This document shows positions 35,945-44,321 of a stretch of DNA of 47,787 nucleotides, piece after piece. The notes under the pieces are model-generated. The model did no database searches and was not told the origin of the DNA. It worked only from the letters and a program-made list of their open reading frames with translations. Numbering within the stretch: position 1 is the stretch's first letter; every line of letters starts with the position of its first letter. The stretch lies in the IMG/VR virus record IMGVR_UViG_3300043414_000895, positions 1-47,787 of that record. The stretch is one strand, 5' to 3'. The position numbers and the translations under genes were made by a program. This DNA is from a virus. Lineage: Duplodnaviria; Caudoviricetes.

Positions 35945-36744
35945 TGCGCGCCCCCAGGTGCTGCCGGTGCGGCGTCAAGCATTGCGGCGTAGGCTTCACC
36001 GTATATAGATTCTTCGATCTTGAGGGATTCGGTAGCCACGTTCTTGTAGACGGCGCTGCCGTTGGCGAAGATCACAGCAGCCTTGCACATCGCTTCGGTT
36101 GCTTCGGACGGCACCAGCCGCCACCCTGCTGGGGCTGGCTGCGGGGTGGCAATGGCGCGGTCGATGACATCGGCCAGATGGTCGTCAGTCCTGCCGGGGT
36201 GCTTGCCGTGCTTTGCCAGCGCATGATGAACTCGGCTCCAGTCTTGGCGGTCAAGGTCGCGGGCTGCATTCCATGCGCGATAGGCAAAGGTTTTTTCGTA
36301 GTCCCCGCCACCAGCCCGGCAGAACTGTCCGTGGTCCGACCACCAAGCCTCAAAGTCGGCAGTGCCTACACCTTGAGGCTCCCCGCTGGGCACGCTGGGA
36401 GCGGCATCCCACCGCGCCAGCGCGTCGGCGCCGTATACATGCAGCATGTCGCGGATGGCCGGCGTTGCAATCTCGCCGCGCAGCATTGCGGCATGCACTG
36501 CCACCGGGTCGCGCAGCTTCGCGGCAATGTCGGGCTCCCCGCTGGGCACGCTGGGAGCGGCAAGGGCGCGTTCGTTCAGCAGTTGCGCCGCCATCTTCTG
36601 CGCCCGGTGCGCCGTGTTCATTGACACAGCAAGGTCGGCGCGCAGGCGGGTGATTTCCTCAATGGCATCGCGGATGTGCGGGCGCCAGTCGTCCACCGGG
36701 TCGAGTTCGGCCCATATTTCGGCTAGTCGGTCTAGGTTGGTCAT
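35941..36744 (-). CDS. Modular early protein with internal repeat AAPSVPSGEP x2
   Basis: ATG at 36744 overlaps the upstream stop; 30-bp exact repeat at 36377 and 36533; GW.LVP.E.T..M module. Confidence 0.8.
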   Translation of the reverse strand: MTNLDRLAEIWAELDPVDDWRPHIRDAIEEITRLRADLAVSMNTAHRAQKMAAQLLNERALAAPSVPSGEPDIAAKLRDPVAVHAAMLRGEIATPAIRDMLHVYGADALARWDAAPSVPSGEPQGVGTADFEAWWSDHGQFCRAGGGDYEKTFAYRAWNAARDLDRQDWSRVHHALAKHGKHPGRTDDHLADVIDRAIATPQPAPAGWRLVPSEATEAMCKAAVIFANGSAVYKNVATESLKIEESIYGEAYAAMLDAAPAAPGGAQ

Positions 36745-37262
36745 TGCCCCTCCCCGGTGGTGGGCGCCGCAACCCGGCTCAATGCCCAGGCCCACAGCGA
36801 CCCGCCTGCAACCTTCGCGGCAAACTGAAGCGCGGCAATCTGCGCCACGACTTCCAGCGGCTTGGGTGCAGGCGAGAGCAGCCAGAAAGCCAGCGCAGAG
36901 AACACCACGGTATCAACCACCGCGCCGACCACGTTACTGCCCAAGCTGCGCCGCAGCCATGAGCCGGTCAGCCGGGTGAATGCCTGCCAGTCCACCAGCG
37001 CAGCCAGCGTGAAAGCCGCAGCCGATGCGATGACGATGTGCTGCGCAGAAGGGTTCAGCGCATAGGTCAGCGCACCCGATGCACCGATCAGCGCAAGCAT
37101 CTGCCAAGCGCGCAGCCGAAGGTGTAGCCAGTCGCGCAGCGCCAAGTCCAGGCCGATCAAAATGAATGCATTGATGGGGCTAACCCACGGCCCGAAGTGG
37201 GCGATGCTCAGGTTTGCCACGGTCATCGCGGCGGCATAGATCAAGATTGCAGCGGTCAGCAT
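36741..37262 (-). CDS. VUT/YhhQ-family (queuosine precursor) transporter-like membrane protein
   Basis: AN, G....LRD, IAS..AF....D, R...SN.VG..VDT.VF..LAF and Q...K motifs; highly hydrophobic. Confidence 0.82.
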   Translation of the reverse strand: MLTAAILIYAAAMTVANLSIAHFGPWVSPINAFILIGLDLALRDWLHLRLRAWQMLALIGASGALTYALNPSAQHIVIASAAAFTLAALVDWQAFTRLTGSWLRRSLGSNVVGAVVDTVVFSALAFWLLSPAPKPLEVVAQIAALQFAAKVAGGSLWAWALSRVAAPTTGEGQ

Positions 37263-37933
37263 AGAGCCTCTTGAATTGGCCGCTCTGTCCACAGAGTCGG
37301 CGGGTTGATGGAATCGATGCGTTGCGCCATGCATTCGGCGCAGCCGGTGCCGTCTTTGAAGTTGCGGCCCACGTTGGTTGAATCGGCGCTTGCCAGCGGC
37401 CACGGCCCGGCAGCTTGCCCAAGCATCCGCAGCCCATGCAGCCACGGCACGCGGCCGAACTGCTGCACCAGCGCGTTGAAGGTCTCATCCATGCGGCCAC
37501 ACCATGCGGCGCTGCCAACCTGCCAAAACTCGCCGCTGCTGCCGATGCACACACGGGGCCAGTCGTTGCACAGGTCAAACAGGTACTCAAGCGGCAGGCC
37601 CAGGTGCCACACGGGCGCCCCGTATTGCTTGCGGTGCGGCCATGTCGCCACCATTGCGCGCTGCTGCTCTACGGTGCCGCCAATCTCGTCAGGCACCACA
37701 GCCCAATGCGGGTGGCCCAGGCGCGGCTCGATCCACGCATAGAACCCCGGCATGTCAAAGGCAATGCCGCGCGTCTTGACGCTGAAGGCTCCGTTGTCCA
37801 ACATCACGCTTTGCCCAATGCGCAGGCACGTTGCCAGGTCTTGCGGGGCCGCGTAGCTCACGCAAAACATGCGCCCGGCCATGCGCTCAAGCTGGGCGCG
37901 TGGCGTAATCGGGGTGCCGTGGTAGTGCAGCAC
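37256..37933 (-). CDS. TGT/DpdA-like base-exchange transglycosylase
   Basis: MLDNGAFS, PDEIGG, PVWH, HGL and ASADST motifs in TGT-fold order. Confidence 0.7.
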   Translation of the reverse strand: MLHYHGTPITPRAQLERMAGRMFCVSYAAPQDLATCLRIGQSVMLDNGAFSVKTRGIAFDMPGFYAWIEPRLGHPHWAVVPDEIGGTVEQQRAMVATWPHRKQYGAPVWHLGLPLEYLFDLCNDWPRVCIGSSGEFWQVGSAAWCGRMDETFNALVQQFGRVPWLHGLRMLGQAAGPWPLASADSTNVGRNFKDGTGCAECMAQRIDSINPPTLWTERPIQEALC

Positions 37934-37936
37934 GGC

Positions 37937-38188
37937 TCACCGCTCCTTGGTGTCGGTGGTGGGCGCCGGCCGCTCATGGCTGAACGGAGTGAACTCCCAT
38001 GTACCCATGTCGCCCGCGTCAGCGTTGTGCATTGCATGGCATTCCGGGTGCATCTTCACGGTGCCAACTTCCCCGCCGTCATAGCAGCGCCAGCGCATGT
38101 ACTGTTCGCCCGGCGCCACTGATTCGCCGCAACTCTGACAAACGTGCGGCTTGCGGGCCGTCAGCGTTTCGGGCGTTGTGCAGTGCAT
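37937..38188 (-). CDS. Small Zn-binding phage protein
   Basis: ARK.H.C..CGE...PGE.Y ... H..C. Confidence 0.75.
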   Translation of the reverse strand: MHCTTPETLTARKPHVCQSCGESVAPGEQYMRWRCYDGGEVGTVKMHPECHAMHNADAGDMGTWEFTPFSHERPAPTTDTKER

Positions 38189-38214
38189 CGCTTACTCCCC
38201 GGTGGTGACGGTGG
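38088..38214 (+). repeat. Exact 127-bp direct repeat, copy 2
   Basis: Identical to 1-127. Confidence 0.95.
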
Positions 38215-38635
38215 CGGGCGCCGGCACGATGCCGTGTGCCTGCTCAATGGCGCGGGCATACGCACGGTAGGCTGCATACAGGGCACCAAGCCCGCGCCCC
38301 CAATGCTCGGCGGTGATCTGGTCAATCTGCGTATCCGTCAGCGGCGCTGGCTGGGGGTGCGCTGCTGCATGGAACCGCTGCACGTGCTCGGGGCCGTCTC
38401 CGGTGCTGATGTCCACCCACGCACCAAGCCCACCATTGCCGCCTGGGTAGGCGACAACCTGCGGCCAGTGGATGGCATCAGGCACTGGCTGCGCCAGGGC
38501 GGCGCGCGCTTCTTCCAGCAGATCGTTGACCGCGTCCAGCACGGTCATGTCGCGGTCCTCAAACGGTTTGCCGTCGCAAAAGTCAAACAGGCTGTCGCGG
38601 ATAGCCTGCAGCAACTCAAGAGGGATAGTGATCAC
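38192..38635 (-). CDS. Modular early protein, counterpart of 105-722
   Basis: GTG at 38635 overlaps the VRR-NUC stop; same linkers, different intervening segments. Confidence 0.8.
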   Translation of the reverse strand: MITIPLELLQAIRDSLFDFCDGKPFEDRDMTVLDAVNDLLEEARAALAQPVPDAIHWPQVVAYPGGNGGLGAWVDISTGDGPEHVQRFHAAAHPQPAPLTDTQIDQITAEHWGRGLGALYAAYRAYARAIEQAHGIVPAPATVTTGE

Positions 38636-38916
38636 TTGCTCTCCTTCAGTGTTAGTAGAAACGCCGCCACATCGTCGGGGCCGTACAGGCAAACGTACTG
38701 CTGGCCCAAGCGCTGCATGTCGGCGGCGAACACCTTCTGCAGCGGCGACAGCACGCCCTTATCTGTCTTCAGTTCAACAAAGATTACCCGCCCGCCTGGC
38801 AGCAGCACCAGCCGGTCAGCCACGCCGCGGTGCGCAGGCGATGTGAACTTGTAGGCAACGCCGCCCAGCGCGGCCACGCCCTTGACCAGCTTCTTCTCAA
38901 CGTCGCGCTCAAGCAT
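38632..38916 (-). CDS. VRR-NUC domain nuclease
   Basis: MLE..VE..L, KF.SP..RGV.DR, FVELK...G.LS.LQ. Confidence 0.92.
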   Translation of the reverse strand: MLERDVEKKLVKGVAALGGVAYKFTSPAHRGVADRLVLLPGGRVIFVELKTDKGVLSPLQKVFAADMQRLGQQYVCLYGPDDVAAFLLTLKESK

Positions 38917-39033
38917 GGCCGCCAAAAATTTCAAGTTTGTCCATGTCCGAGACTTTACAGCGCAAAAAAGATTTGCACAAGCTCTTTGTTTTGCCGCTAC
39001 ACTGGATGCCCCAACCACCGAAAGGACTCGAAA

Positions 39034-39198
39034 GTGCAGATCATCCTCAACACTGAAGACATCAAGCAGATCTTGCAAGACTACGTGCGGCATAACTTTG
39101 GGCCGCTCATGGACTTGACGGATCTCAACACCTACACCTTCGCACCGACCGCCACCTTTACTCGCGTCGAGGAGGCCGAAGACGATGGCTCACTCTAA
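39034..39198 (+). CDS. Small hypothetical protein
   Basis: GTG start after AAGGA; M.I.L..EDIKQ pattern. Confidence 0.55.
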   Translation: MQIILNTEDIKQILQDYVRHNFGPLMDLTDLNTYTFAPTATFTRVEEAEDDGSL

Positions 39199-39433
39199 CA
39201 ACGTCACGCCGCGCACTAGCGAAGGCCTTTGTGAGGCGCTGTTTCAAGAGTTTGATCTTTTGCGCGCCGGCAAGAGCGACAACCACCGCGCTTCTGCGGT
39301 TGCCAAGCTGGCAGTGCAAATTATCAACACTAAGCGCCTTGAGATCGACGCTGCCATGTTCTACAAAAGCGGCCTGCGTTTTGAGCCGCTGACACTTGCC
39401 AAAGAGGGGATCAAAATTGGCACTGGCAAATAA
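39185..39433 (+). CDS. Hypothetical protein
   Basis: GGAGG upstream; L.EALF.E.D.LR.G motif. Confidence 0.65.
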   Translation: MAHSNNVTPRTSEGLCEALFQEFDLLRAGKSDNHRASAVAKLAVQIINTKRLEIDAAMFYKSGLRFEPLTLAKEGIKIGTGK

Positions 39434-39719
39434 TCCCGTTGCGGCGGCAAAAATTGAAGCGCTCTACCGCGAAATACTTGACACAGTCGCGCGCGAACAA
39501 GCGCATATGACCGCTGTTGGGTGCGTAATTTGCGGCAGCAAAGACCGCGTGCGCCCAATCTTTGACCATGAAAACGCGCCTTGTATGTGCAGGTATCACA
39601 GAGGTGGGTGGGGGGTGACCTTTAGTCGCTTTCGCTATGCCGGCCAAGATAAAGAACTGCATTTCGCAAAGTGGCTGGCAAAGAACTTAATCAAACAGGC
39701 AAACCATGCAGCACAGTAA
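39417..39719 (+). CDS. Hypothetical Zn-finger protein
   Basis: CVICG...C..H; TTG start assumed. Confidence 0.5.
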   Translation: MALANNPVAAAKIEALYREILDTVAREQAHMTAVGCVICGSKDRVRPIFDHENAPCMCRYHRGGWGVTFSRFRYAGQDKELHFAKWLAKNLIKQANHAAQ

Positions 39720-40836
39720 CGTCGTCGGCGGCTCATCGGCCAAGCGTGTCATCAACTGCCCCGGCTCAGTCGTGCTGGTGCAGAAGATGCCGCGCCAGCC
39801 CAGCAGCAAGTACGCTGCAGAGGGCACGGCGCTGCACACCTGCATCGACCGCCTGGTCAACGACGACACGTTGACCGTGCCGATGCTGCTGGGCAAGACG
39901 GTGGACGGCGTGGTCATCACCGAGGACCACATCGAGAAGCTAGTCTATGCTGTCCAAACGCTGGACACCATCGACCCGGCGATGACGCTGCGCTACGTCA
40001 CCGAGGTGCGTGTCGGCTTCGGTGACTTGCTGCCGGGCGTGTTCGGCAGCACTGACCTGATCGGGCGGCAGCGCAACCGCGCCGTCGTGCTGGACTGGAA
40101 GTTCGGCGACGGCGTGATGGTTGACGCGGAGGAGAACATGCAAGGGATGTTCTACGCCGCGGCGGCCATGCGTACGCCGGAGACGCAGTGGGTGTTCGAC
40201 GGCGTCGATGAGATTGAGATCATTATCGTGCAGCCGCCGTACACCCGGCGCTGGGTGACAACGCCGGCGCGCATCGCTGACTTCGAGGCCGAACTGGTGC
40301 GGGCCGTCAAGCGCTCGCAACTGCCCGACGCGCCTCTGTCAGTGGGCGACCACTGCCGCTGGTGTACGGCCAAGCCCATCTGCCCGCAGATGACGGGCGC
40401 GATCGACCGGGTTGCGCGCACCGCGCTGGAGGGCGTAGACTCCGCGTCCCTGGCCACCGCGCTGGCGCTGGCCGACCAGTTGGAGACGTTTATCAACGAC
40501 GCCCGTGCCCTTGCGTTCGCCCGCCTTGAGAAAGGTCTGGCCGTGCCGGGGTATAAATTGGTATCGAAGCGCGCAACGCGCCAGTGGACCAGCGAAGCGA
40601 AGGCCAAGGCCGCGCTGCTGGCCCTGGATGGTGTCGCGGAAAGCGACGTCACCGAGACAAGTCTCCTCAGCCCCGCCCAAGCGGAAAAGGTGCTGAAAAA
40701 GCGCAAGCTGGCGCTGCCTCCTGATGTTGTGGTGGCAGTGTCGAGCGGCAACACGCTGGCAGCGGAGAGCGATCCCCGCCCGCCGGTACTACTCATCGGG
40801 CAGCAACTGACCGCCGCCCTCTCCAAACTAGTCTAA
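39706..40836 (+). CDS. Cas4-like PD-(D/E)XK exonuclease (DUF2800-like)
   Basis: S.A.R...CPGS, GT.LH, FGS.D, DWKFG, Q..FYA and HCRWC....CP motifs. Confidence 0.9.
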   Translation: MQHSNVVGGSSAKRVINCPGSVVLVQKMPRQPSSKYAAEGTALHTCIDRLVNDDTLTVPMLLGKTVDGVVITEDHIEKLVYAVQTLDTIDPAMTLRYVTEVRVGFGDLLPGVFGSTDLIGRQRNRAVVLDWKFGDGVMVDAEENMQGMFYAAAAMRTPETQWVFDGVDEIEIIIVQPPYTRRWVTTPARIADFEAELVRAVKRSQLPDAPLSVGDHCRWCTAKPICPQMTGAIDRVARTALEGVDSASLATALALADQLETFINDARALAFARLEKGLAVPGYKLVSKRATRQWTSEAKAKAALLALDGVAESDVTETSLLSPAQAEKVLKKRKLALPPDVVVAVSSGNTLAAESDPRPPVLLIGQQLTAALSKLV

Positions 40837-40848
40837 GGAACTACAGTA

Positions 40849-41493
40849 ATGACCTCTCTCGTTGCATTTTCTAACGCCGGCCTGCCGGCAGTCTCTTCCC
40901 TGACCAGCGCCCTGCGCGCCATCGCTCCGGCAGGGGGTAGCGGCATGACCGCCATCCTCAAGATGGACCGCACGGGCCATTGGGTGTTCGGCACCGACCA
41001 GGAAGAAGTGGAAGATACCAGCCGCTGGGCCGTCAACCCGTTCTCGTTCGTCCACGGTTTCATCGCCTGGGGTGAGGGTGAGGTGCTGGCCGAGAAGATG
41101 GGCCCCATCACCCAGCCGGTGCCTGAGATCGGGCCGGCGCCGTCCGCGGCCCGCAAAGGGTGGGAACCGCAGGTGGGTTTCTCCTTGCAGTGCATCAGCG
41201 GTGAGGACAGCGGCATGGATGTGCGCTACACCGTGACCAGCGTGGGCGGCAAGCGCGCCGTGCATGAGTTGGCCGTGGCCATTGCCGCGCAGGTTGAGAA
41301 GGACCAGACCCGCCCGGTGCCTGTCGTGACCCTGGGCAAGGACCACTACCAGCACAAGCAGTACGGGCGCATCTTCACTCCCGTGTTTGTCGTCAAGGAG
41401 TGGGTGTCGATGGACGCCGAGCCGGCGGCTGACGCCGGGCCGGCGCCGGCAGATGAGCCGGCAGCACCTGGCCGTCGGCGCCGTTCGGTCTGA
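40849..41493 (+). CDS. Probable single-stranded DNA-binding/annealing protein
   Basis: Position between nuclease and polymerase; Y.HKQYGRIF.P.F; acidic/Pro tail. Confidence 0.65.
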   Translation: MTSLVAFSNAGLPAVSSLTSALRAIAPAGGSGMTAILKMDRTGHWVFGTDQEEVEDTSRWAVNPFSFVHGFIAWGEGEVLAEKMGPITQPVPEIGPAPSAARKGWEPQVGFSLQCISGEDSGMDVRYTVTSVGGKRAVHELAVAIAAQVEKDQTRPVPVVTLGKDHYQHKQYGRIFTPVFVVKEWVSMDAEPAADAGPAPADEPAAPGRRRRSV

Positions 41494-41500
41494 TTGAATT

Positions 41501-41590
41501 GGGGGCTGTTAAGCCAGCAATCGAGGATGGTGACTCACAGCGTTTTCTGGTTTTCCGCTGTGATTTATTGAAGCCCAAATCGAGGCCCCC
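41501..41590 (+). ncRNA. Structured RNA candidate with pseudoknot
   Basis: GGGGGC/GCCCCC closing stem; TCGA/TCGA; TCACAGCG/CGCTGTGA hairpin; loop CTGGTTT complementary to AAGCCAG. Confidence 0.55.
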
Positions 41591-41618
41591 GCCCATGATC
41601 AATCAACCGAAACGGAGA

Positions 41619-41640
41619 AGGGGCTTAGGCCCCTATTTTT
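41619..41640 (+). terminator. Terminator-like hairpin abutting the polA start
   Basis: AGGGGC-TTAG-GCCCCT-ATTTTT, then ATG. Confidence 0.55.
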
Positions 41641-43614
41641 ATGTCTGTACTCTGGATTGACTTTGAGACCCGCAGCCGCTGCGACCTCAAGAAGCATGGC
41701 GTCTACAACTACGCGCAGGACGCTAGCACCGAGGTGCTGTGCATGTCCTACGCCTTTGACGATGGCGAGGTGGTGACCTGGCGCCCCGGCGAGCCGTTCC
41801 CCGAGGCCGTGCGCGGCCACACCGGCCTGATCTACGCCCACAACGCCGCGTTTGAGCGGCTGATCTTCTGGTACGTCCTGCAGATCAACTTCAAGCTGGA
41901 ACAGTTTTATTGCACTGCAGCACAGGCACGCTCCAACTGCGCGCCAGGCTCGCTGGAGGATGTTGGCCGGTTCGCTGGCGCCAGCATGAAGAAGGACCAC
42001 CGCGGCGCGCAGCTAATCCGCTTGCTGTCCGTCCCGCAGGCCGACGGCGCCTTCCGCGAGGACGCGGCGCTGATGGCTGAGATGGTGGCGTACTGTGAGC
42101 AGGATGTGCGCGCCATGCGCGCCATCAGCCAGACCCTGCGCCCGATGTCAGCCGAGGAGCTTGCCGACTACCATGTCAACGAGCGCATCAACGACCGAGG
42201 CATCCTGATCGACGTCGAGCTCGCCCGCGCTGCCGTGGCCTACTCGGTGGAAGAAGTTGACGCGATCCAGTCTGAGGTGGCCGAGGTGACCGAAGGCGCC
42301 ATCACTAGCGTGCGCTCGCCCAAGATGCGCTCGTGGGTTTGGGACCGCGTGGGGCCGGAGGCCCGCCGGCTGATGACGGTCACGAAAGACGGCGAAGAAA
42401 AGCAGTCCATCGACAAAGCCGTTCGTGCCGCGCTGATCATCTTAGCAGAGGAGAACCCCGACGAGATACCGCCCGCGGTGGCCACGGTCATCCAGGCCGC
42501 TGACGATCTCTGGGCGTCGTCCGTCGCGAAGTTCGGCCGCTTGGCTGACCTAGCCGACAGCGAGGACCGCCGCGTCAGGGGTGCGCTGGTGTTCGCTGGC
42601 GGCAGCGCCACGGGCCGTGCTAGCTCATACGGCGCACAGGTCCACAATTTCGGGCGCAAGTGCGCTGCAGACCCGGAGGCTGTCAGGCGCGTGATGGTGC
42701 GCGGCTACCCTATCGTGCCGCAGTTCGGCAAGCGGGTCACCGATGTTCTCAAGGGCATGCTGCGCCCCTCAATCATTCCGGCCGCCGGCAAGAAGTTGGT
42801 GGTCGCTGACTGGAGCGCCATCGAGGGCCGCGTCAATCCGTGGCTGTCAGGCGCGGGCGACGACAAACTGGATGCGTTCCGCAGGGGACTGGACGCCTAC
42901 ATCGTCAACGCAGCGGTCACGTTTGCCCGCAGCTACGAGGACATCCTCGCCGGCTACAAAGCGGAGGAGAGCATGGCCGTGGGCCAGCGCCAGATCGGCA
43001 AAGTGCAAGAGCTTGCGTGCGGGTTCGGCGGCGGCGTGGGCGCGTTCGCGGCGATGGGCCGCGTCTACGGCGTGCTGCTGCCCGAGGCGCAGGCTAAGAG
43101 GATGGTCAACGCCTGGCGCCGTGCTAACCCGTGGGCGCCCGCGTTCTGGTCGGATCTGGAGCGCGCTTACATGGGCGCCATGCGCCGCCCCGGGCGGGAA
43201 TGCAGCGCTGGCCGCATAACGTATATGTTCGACGGCCAGACCCTGTGGTACATCCTGCCCAGCGGGCGCGTGCTGTGCTACCCGCAGGCCCGCATCGACC
43301 CTGACGGCGCCGTGTCCTACGCTAAAGCCTCTTGGATGCCTGCTGCAGACGCCAAGGAGTGGCCCCGGGCGCGGCTATGGTCTGGCCTGGCCTGCGAGAA
43401 CGTCACGCAGGCCGTCGCCCACGATCTGCTGCGCTACGCCCTGCGGGAGCTTCCCGAGGCCATTTTGCATGTCCACGATGAAATTGTGTGCCAGACTGAC
43501 GACCCCGTCGAGACGACGCGGCGCATGACCGAGGTGATGACGACCCCACCCGAATGGGCGTCCGGTTTGCCGCTTGGCATTGGCATCAAGACGATGGAGA
43601 GATACGGGAAATGA
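41641..43614 (+). CDS. Phage DNA polymerase, family A, with 3'-5' exonuclease
   Basis: DFETRS, AHNA.FE and YC.QDV (exo); ADWSAIEGR, RQIGK..ELA.GFGGG, ENVTQA and HVHDE (pol). Confidence 0.95.
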   Translation: MSVLWIDFETRSRCDLKKHGVYNYAQDASTEVLCMSYAFDDGEVVTWRPGEPFPEAVRGHTGLIYAHNAAFERLIFWYVLQINFKLEQFYCTAAQARSNCAPGSLEDVGRFAGASMKKDHRGAQLIRLLSVPQADGAFREDAALMAEMVAYCEQDVRAMRAISQTLRPMSAEELADYHVNERINDRGILIDVELARAAVAYSVEEVDAIQSEVAEVTEGAITSVRSPKMRSWVWDRVGPEARRLMTVTKDGEEKQSIDKAVRAALIILAEENPDEIPPAVATVIQAADDLWASSVAKFGRLADLADSEDRRVRGALVFAGGSATGRASSYGAQVHNFGRKCAADPEAVRRVMVRGYPIVPQFGKRVTDVLKGMLRPSIIPAAGKKLVVADWSAIEGRVNPWLSGAGDDKLDAFRRGLDAYIVNAAVTFARSYEDILAGYKAEESMAVGQRQIGKVQELACGFGGGVGAFAAMGRVYGVLLPEAQAKRMVNAWRRANPWAPAFWSDLERAYMGAMRRPGRECSAGRITYMFDGQTLWYILPSGRVLCYPQARIDPDGAVSYAKASWMPAADAKEWPRARLWSGLACENVTQAVAHDLLRYALRELPEAILHVHDEIVCQTDDPVETTRRMTEVMTTPPEWASGLPLGIGIKTMERYGK

Positions 43615-44312
43615 AACACATAGTTGGGTTGAGCGGCGGCAAGGATTCGACCGCGCTGGCGTTGCGGTTGGCTGAAATTGAACCCCGCGATTACGAATAC
43701 ATCTGCAATGAAACTGGCAACGAATTGCCAGAGATGCAGGCGCACTGGGCCAAGCTGGAAGACATGCTTGGCAAGCCAATCATCCGCGTGCGATACGACA
43801 AGGATCTGGAGGGTGCCATTTATCAGATGAAGATGCTGCCCAGCGTGTTCGCGCGGTGGTGTACGCGAGTGCTGAAGATTGAGCCGACCATTGAATACAT
43901 GTCGGCGTTGCCCGCGGGGTCTACGCTATATGTCGGCCTGCGGGCTGACGAAGAAGAGCGCAAAGGCATATTTGGTGAGGACATCACCGTGCGGTTCCCT
44001 ATGCGTGAGTGGGGGTGGAAAGAAGCCGATGTGTGGGCGTATCTGGACCAGCGCGGCGTGGCCATCCCTAAGCGCACCGACTGCGCCTGGTGCCCTTATC
44101 AGCGCCTTGGCGAGTGGCGCGATCTGCACACCAACTACCCCGTCATCTGGGCGCAAGGCGTGGCGTTAGAGAAGGAGATTGGCGCCACGTTCCGCAGCCC
44201 TGGCCGCGATACTTGGCCCGCGGATCTGGAGTCGTTGGGCGCGGAATTCGCCAGTGGGCGCAAGTTGCGCGAGTACAAAAAAGGCGCCGCTTGCCGCGTC
44301 TGCTCACTGTAA
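43611..44312 (+). CDS. PAPS-reductase-family (PP-loop) protein
   Basis: SGGKDS, TG.E.P, RWCT..LKI.P, GLRADE..R, C.WCPYQ and C..C motifs. Confidence 0.85.
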   Translation: MKHIVGLSGGKDSTALALRLAEIEPRDYEYICNETGNELPEMQAHWAKLEDMLGKPIIRVRYDKDLEGAIYQMKMLPSVFARWCTRVLKIEPTIEYMSALPAGSTLYVGLRADEEERKGIFGEDITVRFPMREWGWKEADVWAYLDQRGVAIPKRTDCAWCPYQRLGEWRDLHTNYPVIWAQGVALEKEIGATFRSPGRDTWPADLESLGAEFASGRKLREYKKGAACRVCSL

Positions 44313-44321
44313 GGAAACCAT

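Larger units (their letters stand above)
1..38087. mobile_element. Temperate lambda-like siphophage, apparently a complete circular genome of 38,087 bp
   Basis: Immunity, replication, packaging, head, tail and integration modules are all present. attP is intact. Bases 1-127 recur at 38088-38214, so the gene truncated at base 1 is completed at 37937-38188. Confidence 0.85.

Noticed and set aside
39706-40836. Cas4 as evidence of a CRISPR-Cas system
   Set aside because: No array or other cas genes; this is the usual phage nuclease-SSB-PolA context.
41501-41590. Assignment to twister, pistol or preQ1 riboswitch
   Set aside because: I could not match their conserved cores by eye; left unassigned.
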